From Candidatus Latescibacterota bacterium (GTDB lineage Bacteria > Latescibacterota > UBA2968 > UBA8231): DNA of 64,000 nucleotides. Location of the stretch: contig OZ242005.1 of the NCBI GenBank assembly GCA_965204725.1, forward strand, positions 4,960,001 to 5,024,000, given 5' to 3'. Below are positions 9,480-23,548 of the stretch, piece after piece. The translations under genes and the position numbers were made by a program. The notes under the pieces were generated by a model that worked only from the letters and a program-made list of their open reading frames with translations, did no database searches and had not been told where the DNA came from. Position 1 is the stretch's first letter. Every line of letters starts with the position of its first letter.

Positions 9480-10853
9480 ATGAGCGCGACCCTGATCAAC
9501 TTCGCCTACCTAATCGCCTCCGTCCTCTTCATCTTCGGCCTCAAGGGGCTGACGCACCCGCGCACGGCCGTCCGCGGCAACTTGCTCGGGGCCTTGGGGA
9601 TGTTGCTGGCCATCGTCGCCACCCTGTTGGACCAGCGGATTCTCTCCGGCGAATACATTGTGCTCGGCGCGGTAGTAGGCGCGCTGGTTGGCATGGTCCT
9701 CGCGGTAAAAATTCCCCTGACCTCCATGCCCGAGTTGGTCGCGGTTTTTAACGGCTTGGGCGGCGGCGCCTCCGCGTTGGTGGCTGGTGCGGCGCTGATT
9801 GAGGCGCAGGACCCTTCCCACCAATTCGCGGCCGCCACGGCCGCCTCTGGGATCATCGGCGCGGTGACCTTCTGGGGTAGTATCGTGGCCTTCCTCAAGC
9901 TGATGGAACTGTTCAAAGGCTTGATCCGGTTTCCCGGCCAGCAGTTTGGCAATGGAGTGCTGGCCCTCGGCAGCGCGGGCTTGGGGGCTTGGCTGGTGCT
10001 GGGCGAGTTGGACGCCTTCTGGGCCATGATCTGCGTGGCCTCGCTGTTGGGCGTGTTGCTCGTGGTGCCTATAGGCGGGGCCGATATGCCGGTGGTGATT
10101 GCCTTGCTCAATTCGTGCTCGGGGCTGGCCGCGGCCGCTACCGGCTTTGTGCTCGACAACAACGTGCTGATTATCGCGGGGTCGCTGGTGGGGGCCTCGG
10201 GACTGATCTTGACGCAAATCATGTGCCGGGCCATGAACCGCTCGCTGGGCAATGTATTCTTAGGTGGCGTTGGGGCCGAGGTCGCAAGCGGAACCAGCGA
10301 CGACGAGGTCTATGCCGGCAAGATCAAATCCACCTCGGCCGAGGAAGTCGCGTTGCTGTTTGACACGGCCCGGCGCGTGGTGGTCGTCCCCGGCTACGGC
10401 ATGGCTGTGGCCCAAGCACAACACGCCGTGCGAGACTTGGCCAATTTGCTCGAAGAGCGCGGCGTTGAAGTCGCGTACGCGATTCATCCGGTGGCGGGTC
10501 GGATGCCGGGCCACATGAACGTACTGTTGGCCGAAGCCGAAGTGCCCTACGACAAGTTGGTGGAGATGGATCGGATCAACCCGACTTTCCAGCAGACCGA
10601 TGTGGCGCTCGTCATCGGCGCCAACGATGTGGTCAATCCCCTCGCCCGCGCTGCGGATTCCGGGCCGATTGCCGGAATGCCCATCCTCGACGTGGATAGT
10701 GCGCGCACGGTGGTCGTGATTAAGCGGAGCCTGAGCCCGGGGTTTGCCGGGCTGCCCAACCCGCTTTTTGCCGCAGAAAACGCGCTGATGTTTTTCGGCA
10801 GCGCCCGAGAGGCCGTGCTCGATTTGGTGGCCGCGGTAAAGGAGAGCGGATAG
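9480..10853 (+). CDS. pntB: NAD(P) transhydrogenase beta subunit
   Basis: IGGADMPVVI, PGYGMAVAQAQH, IHPVAGRMPGHMNVLLAEA, GANDVVNP. Confidence 0.96.
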   Translation: MSATLINFAYLIASVLFIFGLKGLTHPRTAVRGNLLGALGMLLAIVATLLDQRILSGEYIVLGAVVGALVGMVLAVKIPLTSMPELVAVFNGLGGGASALVAGAALIEAQDPSHQFAAATAASGIIGAVTFWGSIVAFLKLMELFKGLIRFPGQQFGNGVLALGSAGLGAWLVLGELDAFWAMICVASLLGVLLVVPIGGADMPVVIALLNSCSGLAAAATGFVLDNNVLIIAGSLVGASGLILTQIMCRAMNRSLGNVFLGGVGAEVASGTSDDEVYAGKIKSTSAEEVALLFDTARRVVVVPGYGMAVAQAQHAVRDLANLLEERGVEVAYAIHPVAGRMPGHMNVLLAEAEVPYDKLVEMDRINPTFQQTDVALVIGANDVVNPLARAADSGPIAGMPILDVDSARTVVVIKRSLSPGFAGLPNPLFAAENALMFFGSAREAVLDLVAAVKESG

Positions 10854-10890
10854 AGGCCGAAGAAACCCATGCGTATAAGGAAAAATTAAA

Positions 10891-15474
<4,584 letters not shown>

Positions 15475-15499
15475 AGGGTATTGAACAGGAAAGAAATCA

Positions 15500-16993
15500 A
15501 TGGGTAAACCTACCGGATTCATCGAATTTGTACGCGAGTTACCGCAAGACCGCGACCCGTTAGAGCGCGTCGCGGACTGGGACGAGTTCCACGAGCATTT
15601 TCCCGACGGACGCCTGCGCGAGCAGGGGGCGCGCTGTATGGACTGCGGCATTCCCTTTTGCCACTTGGGCGACGTTGTCAGTCCGGGCGACAAAGGCTCT
15701 GGCTGCCCGATCAACAACTTAATCCCCGAATGGAATGACTTGGTCTATCGCGGGTTGTGGCGGGAGGCGCTGGAGCGGCTGCACAAGACCAACAACTTCC
15801 CGGAGTTTACGGGCCGAGTCTGCCCGGCCCCCTGCGAGGGAGCCTGCGTGGTGGGGATCAACGCCCCGCCGGTGACGATCAAGAGCGTGGAGTGCGCCAT
15901 TGTCGATAAGGGTTTTGAGATGGGCTGGGTTGTGCCCGAGCCGCCCGACAAGCGCACCGGCAAGAAAGTCGCCATCGTTGGCTCCGGCCCCGCGGGCTTG
16001 GCCTGCGCGGCCCAACTCAATCGCGCCGGCCATTGGGTGACCGTGTACGAGCGGGCGGATCGCATCGGCGGCCTGCTGATGTACGGAATACCCAACATGA
16101 AGCTCGACAAGCAAAAGGTGGTGCAGCGCCGGGTTGACCTGATGGAGGCCGAGGGCGTCAAATTCGTCACCCGCACCGAAATTGGCGTGGATCTCCCGGC
16201 GACCCAGCTCGTGGCAGAAAACGACGCGCTAGTGCTCTGCGGCGGGGCTACCAAGCCCAACGATCTGCCGATTGAGGGGCGAGACCTGAAGGGCATCTAC
16301 TTTGCGATGGACTTTTTGCACGCCAACACCAAGAGCCTGCTCGACTCCAATCACGCGGACGGGCACTACATCTCGGCCGAGGACAAGCACGTCATCGTCA
16401 TCGGCGGCGGCGATACCGGCACCGACTGCGTCGGCACGTCCATGCGCCACCGCTGCAAGACGCTCTCGCAATTTGAGATCATGCCTCGGCCCCCGGACGA
16501 GCGTACGCCCAACAACCCTTGGCCGCAGTGGCCCAACGTCTATAAACTCGACTACGGTCAGGAGGAGGCCAAAGCTCGCTTCGGCGACGACCCGCGCACG
16601 TATCTGATTATGACCCAGCGGTTCGTCGGCGACAGCGAGGGCCACGTCAAGGAGCTACACACGGTCAATATCGAGTGGGATCAGGATGAAAACGGTCGCT
16701 TCACGCCCGTGCCGATCGAGGGCACGGAGAAGGTCTGGCCGGCCGATTTGGTGCTCTTGGCGATGGGGTTCCGCGGGCCAGAGGACGCGCCGCTCGAACA
16801 GCTAGGCGTCGAGCGCGACGAGCACTCCAACGCCCAGGCCGAGCACGAGAAATACGCCACCAGCGTCGAGGGGGTTTTCGCCGCTGGCGACATGCGGCGC
16901 GGCCAGAGCTTGGTCGTGTGGGCGATCAACGAGGGGCGGGGGGCCGCCCGCGAGGTGGACCGCTATTTGATGGGTAGCACGCAGCTACCCTGA
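15500..16993 (+). CDS. gltD: Glutamate synthase small subunit
   Basis: [51 protein letters not shown]. Confidence 0.97.
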   Translation: MGKPTGFIEFVRELPQDRDPLERVADWDEFHEHFPDGRLREQGARCMDCGIPFCHLGDVVSPGDKGSGCPINNLIPEWNDLVYRGLWREALERLHKTNNFPEFTGRVCPAPCEGACVVGINAPPVTIKSVECAIVDKGFEMGWVVPEPPDKRTGKKVAIVGSGPAGLACAAQLNRAGHWVTVYERADRIGGLLMYGIPNMKLDKQKVVQRRVDLMEAEGVKFVTRTEIGVDLPATQLVAENDALVLCGGATKPNDLPIEGRDLKGIYFAMDFLHANTKSLLDSNHADGHYISAEDKHVIVIGGGDTGTDCVGTSMRHRCKTLSQFEIMPRPPDERTPNNPWPQWPNVYKLDYGQEEAKARFGDDPRTYLIMTQRFVGDSEGHVKELHTVNIEWDQDENGRFTPVPIEGTEKVWPADLVLLAMGFRGPEDAPLEQLGVERDEHSNAQAEHEKYATSVEGVFAAGDMRRGQSLVVWAINEGRGAAREVDRYLMGSTQLP

Positions 16994-17075
16994 GCGGCGG
17001 CAGATCGGACGAAAACCCTCACTTCATTGGAAGATTGCTATGACGACAACGGAGCGAATCATCAGAGGTATCAAC

Positions 17076-18566
17076 ATGCGCTCTTTACCGCCTCTTTTCA
17101 GATCTCTTGCCTTTCTCTTTCTCAGCTACGATGTCGGGATCGCGGATGCAAGGACCGGACCGGATTTCGCCGAGGCTTTCCCCGACCCGGCGGTGCTCAT
17201 TACGACCGCTGACATCGAGGAAACGCGGAAGTTGCTCCACACGGTGCAGCTCCCGGAGACAGACGCACACCACGATGCGCTGCTGAAGGCACTCGACGAT
17301 GTAGAAGCCATAGACAGTGAGCATCTCGTGCTGCTGACGGAAGCGGTCGCCATTCCGCCCCGGCTAACGGATGGCGCGATCAAGTCGATCAAGTCGATCA
17401 TCAAGGCCGTGATCGACGGCCGGGAGATCGTATATAGCCGAGGAAAAGGCGAGTTCTCGCACGTCATTGACGATCTTCTCCTCGCTGGGGCAAAGAAACT
17501 GAGTGATGTCGGCCCTCAGAGCTTCGGCCGCCTCGTAGCCGCTGCACAGACGCCGGAGACCATCGTCGCGCTGAGTGACATCCTGCTGGAGCGATCGGAC
17601 TCCGGGTCCACGAGCGACCTAGCGGCGATTCTCCAAGCGATCCCTTGGGACGGTACTCGCACGGAACTCTGCGTCGAGGTTCTGATTCCCCGCGGCCGCC
17701 TCAAGGGCGAGCGCGCCGATATTGCAATCGAGTCGATGAGTTTCGACTCAGGCCGCACGGCCCTGATCGGTGCCTTTTACCAATCACTCGACGATTTGGA
17801 CGCCGAGACCCTCCTGCGGCACGTGCGCTTGCAGAGCTTTGACAGCGGTAGGACTGATGTGGCCGAGGAAGGCGTCGCCGTGATTGACCGTATAGATGGT
17901 TCGTTGGCGGTGGCGTTGGTGCAGACAAACTCGTACGATTCGGGTCGGGAGGCCATGCTCAAGGCGTTGCTGCCGAAGCTAGACCTGCGCAACGCGGATG
18001 AGATGCTCGCATTGGTGCGGACGAACTCGTACGACTCGGGCCGGTTGGCCATGTTCAAGGCGTTGCTGCCGAAGCTGGATCGCATAGATGGTTCGTTGGC
18101 GGTGGCATTGGTGCGAATAAACTCGCACGATTCGGGTCGGAAGGCCATGCTCAAGGCATTGCTGCCGAAGCTAGACCTGCGCAACGCGGATGAGATGCTC
18201 GCATTAGTGCGGACGAACTCGTACGATTCGGGTCGGTTGGCCATGCTCAAAGTCGCGGTCGCGCTCGAATCGAAATTCCCGGCCGTGAGTGCCGACGATC
18301 TCGTCTCCTACGCCCAAGTCGGCAGCTTTGATAGTGGCCGGAACGAGATGCTGAGGGTTGTCGCGCCGCACTTCAAAGACGGGTTCACGAAGCAAAGTGC
18401 GTCGCGGTTGCTCAGGGTGTTCTCGTTTGATAGTGGCCGTTTGGATGCGGTCGAGTTGTTCCGGGAGGATCTGCAGAAGTTGTCCGAGCGAGATCGCCGC
18501 GACATTCTGCGCCAATTTTCGCGGGCATCGAGCCGCGAGGAAGCGGATGAATTGCTGCTCCAGTAG
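17076..18566 (+). CDS. Secreted repeat protein with S(F/Y)DSGR repeats (DUF4476-like)
   Basis: Signal-like N-terminus after ATG 17076 (alternative start 17040); eight S[FYH]DSGR motifs at about 32-36 aa spacing. Confidence 0.7.
   Translation: MRSLPPLFRSLAFLFLSYDVGIADARTGPDFAEAFPDPAVLITTADIEETRKLLHTVQLPETDAHHDALLKALDDVEAIDSEHLVLLTEAVAIPPRLTDGAIKSIKSIIKAVIDGREIVYSRGKGEFSHVIDDLLLAGAKKLSDVGPQSFGRLVAAAQTPETIVALSDILLERSDSGSTSDLAAILQAIPWDGTRTELCVEVLIPRGRLKGERADIAIESMSFDSGRTALIGAFYQSLDDLDAETLLRHVRLQSFDSGRTDVAEEGVAVIDRIDGSLAVALVQTNSYDSGREAMLKALLPKLDLRNADEMLALVRTNSYDSGRLAMFKALLPKLDRIDGSLAVALVRINSHDSGRKAMLKALLPKLDLRNADEMLALVRTNSYDSGRLAMLKVAVALESKFPAVSADDLVSYAQVGSFDSGRNEMLRVVAPHFKDGFTKQSASRLLRVFSFDSGRLDAVELFREDLQKLSERDRRDILRQFSRASSREEADELLLQ
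17892..18250 (+). repeat. Intragenic tandem duplication, 192-nt period
   Basis: ATAGATGGTTCGTTGGCGGTGGC at 17892 and 18084; the downstream sequence stays nearly identical. Confidence 0.9.
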
Positions 18567-18613
18567 CCCTGCTCGCGCCGTTTGCTAACCGACACCAGAC
18601 ACCAGCCTCCCAA

Positions 18614-18640
18614 GGATCGAGGGCGGAACGCCCTCGATCC
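18614..18640. repeat. REP-like palindrome, copy 1
   Basis: GGATCGAGGGCG-GAA-CGCCCTCGATCC perfect 12-bp stem; related to 43848-43894. Confidence 0.8.
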
Positions 18641-18855
18641 CAGACGCAACGGCAACTTGCAGGCGGGTGGGTGGTGTATAGCAGTCCTAAATGACTCAAA
18701 AGCATGGAATGTTGATCGGCGCGGTCTTTTTTGTCGATAGTTAGTGGACATAGGCAATTAGTCCGCTGATGAGATTAACCCTAAAATTGGTCGGGCTTGT
18801 TAATAAAGTGCCCATTTATCGGCCCGCAAAAACGCTCATCGCACAGGTAAAAATC

Positions 18856-19905
18856 ATGGAAAAACCCAATGTCGTCGTCATCGGCTATGGCTTTGCTGGC
18901 CGCTGCTTTCACGCCTATCTCGTGGGGCTGGCCAGCGGTCTGAACCTCTACGGCATCGCCACCAGCCGGCCGCAAGCGCGCGAGCAGATTCAGCGCGACT
19001 TGGGGATAAAGACCTTCCGCCACTTCGACGAAGTGCTAGCCGACCCAGCCGTCGATCTAGTCGTCCTCGCCACGCCCAACGACCTCCACGCCCCCCACGC
19101 AATCCAAGCACTCGCCGCCGGCAAACACGTCGTCACCGACAAGCCCATGTGTCTAAGCATGGCCGAGGCCGACCGAATGATCGCCGCCAGCCAAGCGCAC
19201 GACCGCTTGCTCAGCGTCTTTCACAACCGCCGCTGGGATGGCGATTTCCTCGCGGTTAAAGACGCGCTAGCCCAAGGGCTGCTCGGCGATCCTTTTTTGC
19301 TGGAGTTGTTCTGGGGGAAGTACGGCCCCCCGCGCGGCTGGCGCAGCATAGCGCGGCACGGCGGCGGTAAATTCTTCGATTTAGGCGCGCATCTGGTCGA
19401 TCAAGCTCTCCAGCTTATTGACGCGCCCCTCACAAAGGTGTACGCCACCTTCCACGCCGGCGACCCGCTCAGCATCGACGTCGAGTCCCACGCGCTGGCC
19501 GTGCTCCACTTTGCCAACGGCGTCGAAGCGCGTGTGGAGACCTCGTCGCTGGCGCACAAAGCCAAACCGCGCTGGTATGTGCTGGGCACGGAAGGCGCGC
19601 TGGTCAAAGAGGGCGTTGACCCGCAGGAAAAGGCCATGATCGCCGGCGATATAGACGCGGCCGAGGAAGCACCCGAGCACTACGCCCGCCTCTATCGGCC
19701 CGTGGCGGGGCGACCGGCAGAAACCATCATTGAGACCGCGCCCGGTCGCTGGCGTTCCTACTACGAAAACATCGCCGACGCGCTCGCCGGCCGCGCCGGG
19801 CTGGCCGTCACCGCCCAGAGCGTGCGGCAGACCATGGTCGCCATGGAGGCCGCCCGGCTCTCCGCCGCCCAGCAGCGGCCCGTAGCGCCGGAGGAAGTCG
19901 GGTGA
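18856..19905 (+). CDS. Gfo/Idh/MocA family oxidoreductase
   Basis: IGYGFAG, ATPNDLH, GKHVVTDKP, FHNRRWDGDF, DLGAHLVD. Confidence 0.93.
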   Translation: MEKPNVVVIGYGFAGRCFHAYLVGLASGLNLYGIATSRPQAREQIQRDLGIKTFRHFDEVLADPAVDLVVLATPNDLHAPHAIQALAAGKHVVTDKPMCLSMAEADRMIAASQAHDRLLSVFHNRRWDGDFLAVKDALAQGLLGDPFLLELFWGKYGPPRGWRSIARHGGGKFFDLGAHLVDQALQLIDAPLTKVYATFHAGDPLSIDVESHALAVLHFANGVEARVETSSLAHKAKPRWYVLGTEGALVKEGVDPQEKAMIAGDIDAAEEAPEHYARLYRPVAGRPAETIIETAPGRWRSYYENIADALAGRAGLAVTAQSVRQTMVAMEAARLSAAQQRPVAPEEVG

Positions 19906-20492
19906 AGCTCCAGCCGGGTAACTACGGCAAGGAGACCAGCTTTGCGGTCCGCACATTCGACGCTGCGATCCCCCTCGACGAATACGCGCGCCTGCCCAAA
20001 CACCCGCTCTATCTGGTGCTCGACAATTTGCGGAGTGCCTTCAATGTCGGCTCGATTTTCCGCACGGCCGACGCGGGCCGTCTCAGCGGCATCTACACCT
20101 GTGGCTACACGGCCCACCCGCCTCACCCCAAGCTCGACAAGACGGCATTGGGCACCCTCTCGTACATAGAGACCCGCCACTTCGCCACCACGCTCCAAGC
20201 CATTGAGCACTTGCACGCTCGTCGAGTGCCGGTTTGGGCGCTGGAGACCACATCGCAAAGCCGCCTCTACACCGAGCTAGACTATCCGCGCCCCTTGGCC
20301 CTCATCGTGGGCAACGAAGCCCTCGGCGTGAGCGGTGCCGCCCTCGAGCGGTGCGACGAGTTGGTCGAGATTCCCATGTACGGCTACAAAAACAGCCTCA
20401 ATGTCGCCGCGGCCAGTGCCGTCCTCGTCTTTGAGGTTCTGCGCCAATGGCAGGCCGTCGGCCCCACCTGCCAGCCCACCGCCCATGCCTGA
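19902..20492 (+). CDS. SpoU/TrmH family RNA methyltransferase
   Basis: LDNLRSAFNVGSIFRT, GNEALGV, IPMYGYKNSLNVA SPOUT motifs. Confidence 0.92.
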   Translation: MKLQPGNYGKETSFAVRTFDAAIPLDEYARLPKHPLYLVLDNLRSAFNVGSIFRTADAGRLSGIYTCGYTAHPPHPKLDKTALGTLSYIETRHFATTLQAIEHLHARRVPVWALETTSQSRLYTELDYPRPLALIVGNEALGVSGAALERCDELVEIPMYGYKNSLNVAAASAVLVFEVLRQWQAVGPTCQPTAHA

Positions 20493-22317
20493 AGCCTCCC
20501 CGAAGACTCGGGGGCCAGCCGCCCGCTTGATCCGCGACTGGCTCGGCTTTGAGTTCGTCTCCCGCATCTATCTCTACAGCGCGCTCATCGGCCTGATTTC
20601 TGGCTTGGGGGCCGTGTTGTTTACCTACGGCCTCGCGCTGGCCAAGTTCCTGCTCGTCGAGAAGTTGGCTGGCTACCGCCAGAGCCATCCCCACAACAAG
20701 GTGCCATTTGACTTCTCCTTTTTCGACGCGCCCACGTACGGCGAGTTTTTGTGGCTGCTGCTGTTGCTGCCGGCACTGGGGGGCCTGCTCAGCGGCTACC
20801 TGACGCACCGCTTCGCGCCCGAAGCGCAAGGCGCGGGCACCGACGCCATGATCGACGCCTTCCACAACCAGCGCGGGCACATTCGCCCTATCGTCGCTCC
20901 GGTCAAGGCCCTAGCGACCATCATCACGCTCGCCTCCGGGGGGGCTGCCGGTCAACAAGGTCCGTTGGTGCATATTGGCGCGGGCTTAGGCTCTTGGGTC
21001 GGCGACAAACTCAAGCTCTCGGTTGCCCAGCGGCGAATTTTGTTGCTGGCGGGCACGGCCGGCGGGCTAGGCGCGATTTTCCGCGCCCCCCTCGGTGCTG
21101 CGATCGCCAGCGTGGAAGTACTCTACCGCGAAGACTTTGAAAGCGACGCGCTCATCCCCTGCGTCATCAGCTCCTTCGTGGCCTACGCTCTCTACATAGC
21201 CGTTTTTGGCTTCTCGCATATTTTCGCCCTGCCCGACCTGCTGTTCACCGATGTGCGCGAGTTGGTCTTTTATCTAGTACTGGGGTTTTTCTGCGCCGTG
21301 GTCGGCATTTTTTACGTCAAGGCCCTGCGCCTGGCGCGCACCCTCTTCGACCGCCTGCCCGTACCCCGCTACTGGACCGTCTGCGGCGGCGGCTTGCTGG
21401 TGGGACTGGTGGCCTGGGTGGATCCGCAAGTGCTGGGCGATGGGTTTGGCGTCATCCAGCAAGGGCTCGACGGCGAACTCGGCATCCGCGCCTTCCTAGT
21501 GCTCGCCCTGCTCAAGATCCTTGCCTCTAGCTGCACGGTCTCCAGCGGCGGCTCGGGCGGGGTCTTTGGTCCTTCGCTCTTCATCGGCGGGATGCTCGGC
21601 GGCACGGTGGGCCTGCTGAGCCAGCAGTACTTTCCCCACATCGTCCACCAACCGGCAGCTTATATCGTGGTGGGCATGGCCTCGTTCTTCGGGGCGGTGG
21701 CCAATACGCCGCTAGCGGCCCTGATTCTCATCATCGAAATGAGTGGCTCCTACCACCTGCTGCCGCCGCTGATGGTCGTCAGTGCCCTCGCGCTGATTTT
21801 CGCGCGCAACGTTTCCATCTACCAAAACCAAGTCCAAAACAAGTTCCACTCTCCGGCTCATATCAAAGACTTAACCGTCAATGTGCTGCACAATCTCCAA
21901 GTCCGCGGCGTATTTCCGCGCCTCAAAAACACCTCCGAGGCCATCGTCAGCAATCGGCTTTCCTACTTTTCCCTGAGCACCTTGAGCAAGAAACTCGGCC
22001 ACCTGCACTTTGTCGTCACCGACGACCGCGGCGGCTTGCGCGGCATGATCAGCCTTGAAGACCTCGACCTGCCCGACGACGAGATGCTGCGCAACCTAGT
22101 CCTTATTGAGGACATGGTCGTCGATGACGTCCGGCCCATAGACGCGGAGGACAACCTGCACGAGGCCCTGCAAAAATTGCTCGATTCTGGCTACGACAAG
22201 CTGCCCGTGGTGCAAACCACAGACGAGGGGGAAGGCGCGTTTTGGGGGTATCTGATGTACTCAGATTTGATGCGAGTGTACCACGAGGAGGTCATTCGGT
22301 TGGAGGATCAAGATTGA
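20485..22317 (+). CDS. CLC family chloride channel/transporter with CBS domains
   Basis: GAGTD, GQQGP, GAIFRAPLG, GGSGGVFGP, SIY, C-terminal CBS pair; ATG 20485. Confidence 0.92.
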   Translation: MPEASPKTRGPAARLIRDWLGFEFVSRIYLYSALIGLISGLGAVLFTYGLALAKFLLVEKLAGYRQSHPHNKVPFDFSFFDAPTYGEFLWLLLLLPALGGLLSGYLTHRFAPEAQGAGTDAMIDAFHNQRGHIRPIVAPVKALATIITLASGGAAGQQGPLVHIGAGLGSWVGDKLKLSVAQRRILLLAGTAGGLGAIFRAPLGAAIASVEVLYREDFESDALIPCVISSFVAYALYIAVFGFSHIFALPDLLFTDVRELVFYLVLGFFCAVVGIFYVKALRLARTLFDRLPVPRYWTVCGGGLLVGLVAWVDPQVLGDGFGVIQQGLDGELGIRAFLVLALLKILASSCTVSSGGSGGVFGPSLFIGGMLGGTVGLLSQQYFPHIVHQPAAYIVVGMASFFGAVANTPLAALILIIEMSGSYHLLPPLMVVSALALIFARNVSIYQNQVQNKFHSPAHIKDLTVNVLHNLQVRGVFPRLKNTSEAIVSNRLSYFSLSTLSKKLGHLHFVVTDDRGGLRGMISLEDLDLPDDEMLRNLVLIEDMVVDDVRPIDAEDNLHEALQKLLDSGYDKLPVVQTTDEGEGAFWGYLMYSDLMRVYHEEVIRLEDQD

Positions 22318-23515
22318 GGGCCTCGCTCGCGCCCGCTCGGTAGGGCGCGTGTAGATAGGCCTGCGCCCGTTGGTGGCTGTCCGCGTGGTCGGGCAAGCGT
22401 CGCACCCGCTGGTAGCGAAGAATTGCCTCCTCGCGGCGGCCCGCTAGATCGTGTATTTGACCGAGCAACAGGTTGGCCAGCACGGCAAAAGCTAGGTCCC
22501 GCTCGCGCTCGGAACCGGCCGCGAGGCTGTCGGTCGCCGCGAGGTGGTCGGCGGCTTGGGGATAGCGCCGCCCGAAATAGGCGTATTTGCCCAAGTAGTA
22601 ACGCGCCTCCAAGCGACCGTGGCGGTGATAGCCGGTCTGGCCGGCCAAGCCGCGCCGCACGTATTCTTCGTACAAAGCCACCCCCGACCGCCAGCGGCCC
22701 AGTTCGACCATGAGCCGGGCGGAGTAGCGATGGAAAATCGCGTTGTCGGGATAGCGGGCGTAGAGTTCCTCAAAATAGGACAGGGCCCTGCGGTTGTCCT
22801 CTTCAAAAATTCGGTAGATCTGGCCTAGGAAATAAGCGGCCTCGACGCGAGCGTAGGCCCCCTCGCGGGCGACTTCTTTGAGTTGCTGAAGACCGAGCAA
22901 GCGATCGCCATCGGGCAAAAAGGCCATAATCGGACGGAGAATCCGGTGGCGTTGGGGCATGACCTCGGCGAAGTAGTGATACAGGCCCTGCCCAAAGAGG
23001 ATGTCCTTGTTCGTCGGCTCGAGCTGACGGCTCTTCTTGAGGAGGGGCAGACAGCGCAATCCGTCGTGCGCCGACCGGACGTACTGCTTGCGGTCGCCGC
23101 GCAGGCGGCCCCGGAAACCGATGGCCCCGCCTTTGAAGAGAATCGCGTCGAAATCCATCGGGTCTTTTTTTAGACGCCGGTCGCAGACCTCAATGCACTG
23201 CTGGAGCCGGTCGTAGAACTCTGCGTCGTGGGTTTTGTCGGCTAGGTCTATGAGGATCCGCCACCAAGAGACCATCGTGCGAAAGAAGTAGCCGAGGGGG
23301 TTGTCCGGCTCGGCTGCGACGATGGCCTGAAAGTGGCGCTCGGCCTCCTCAAAGCGCAGATTGTAAATCAGATCGATACCCTGCTGGATGCGCGCATCAA
23401 AGCCGCGCATCGTGTAGGCATCCTCGCTCCAAGCGGGCAAGGCCAGTGCCCAGCAGAGCAAAACCGCGCTTATGAGATGGAGTACATTCAAGGGACAAAC
23501 CTCGGCGCTCAACAT
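22292..23515 (-). CDS. Exported TPR-like protein
   Basis: Signal peptide, helical repeats (AEPDNPLGYF, AAYFLGQIY, YPDN). Confidence 0.75.
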   Translation of the reverse strand: MLSAEVCPLNVLHLISAVLLCWALALPAWSEDAYTMRGFDARIQQGIDLIYNLRFEEAERHFQAIVAAEPDNPLGYFFRTMVSWWRILIDLADKTHDAEFYDRLQQCIEVCDRRLKKDPMDFDAILFKGGAIGFRGRLRGDRKQYVRSAHDGLRCLPLLKKSRQLEPTNKDILFGQGLYHYFAEVMPQRHRILRPIMAFLPDGDRLLGLQQLKEVAREGAYARVEAAYFLGQIYRIFEEDNRRALSYFEELYARYPDNAIFHRYSARLMVELGRWRSGVALYEEYVRRGLAGQTGYHRHGRLEARYYLGKYAYFGRRYPQAADHLAATDSLAAGSERERDLAFAVLANLLLGQIHDLAGRREEAILRYQRVRRLPDHADSHQRAQAYLHAPYRAGASEALNLDPPTE

Positions 23516-23548
23516 TAAAACAAATCAACAGTAGGGCAAAAACGAACT

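Noticed and set aside
17892-18250. Diversity-generating retroelement TR/VR pair
   Set aside because: The copies are in-frame tandem coding repeats, the differences are not adenine-specific, and no reverse transcriptase is present
18745-18785. Fluoride (crcB) riboswitch or hammerhead suggested by TAGGCAAT…GCTGATGA upstream of an operon containing a CLC gene
   Set aside because: No proper P1/P2 or AAAC linker, no GAAA hammerhead partner, and the CLC lacks fluoride-type GNNLI/GREGT motifs
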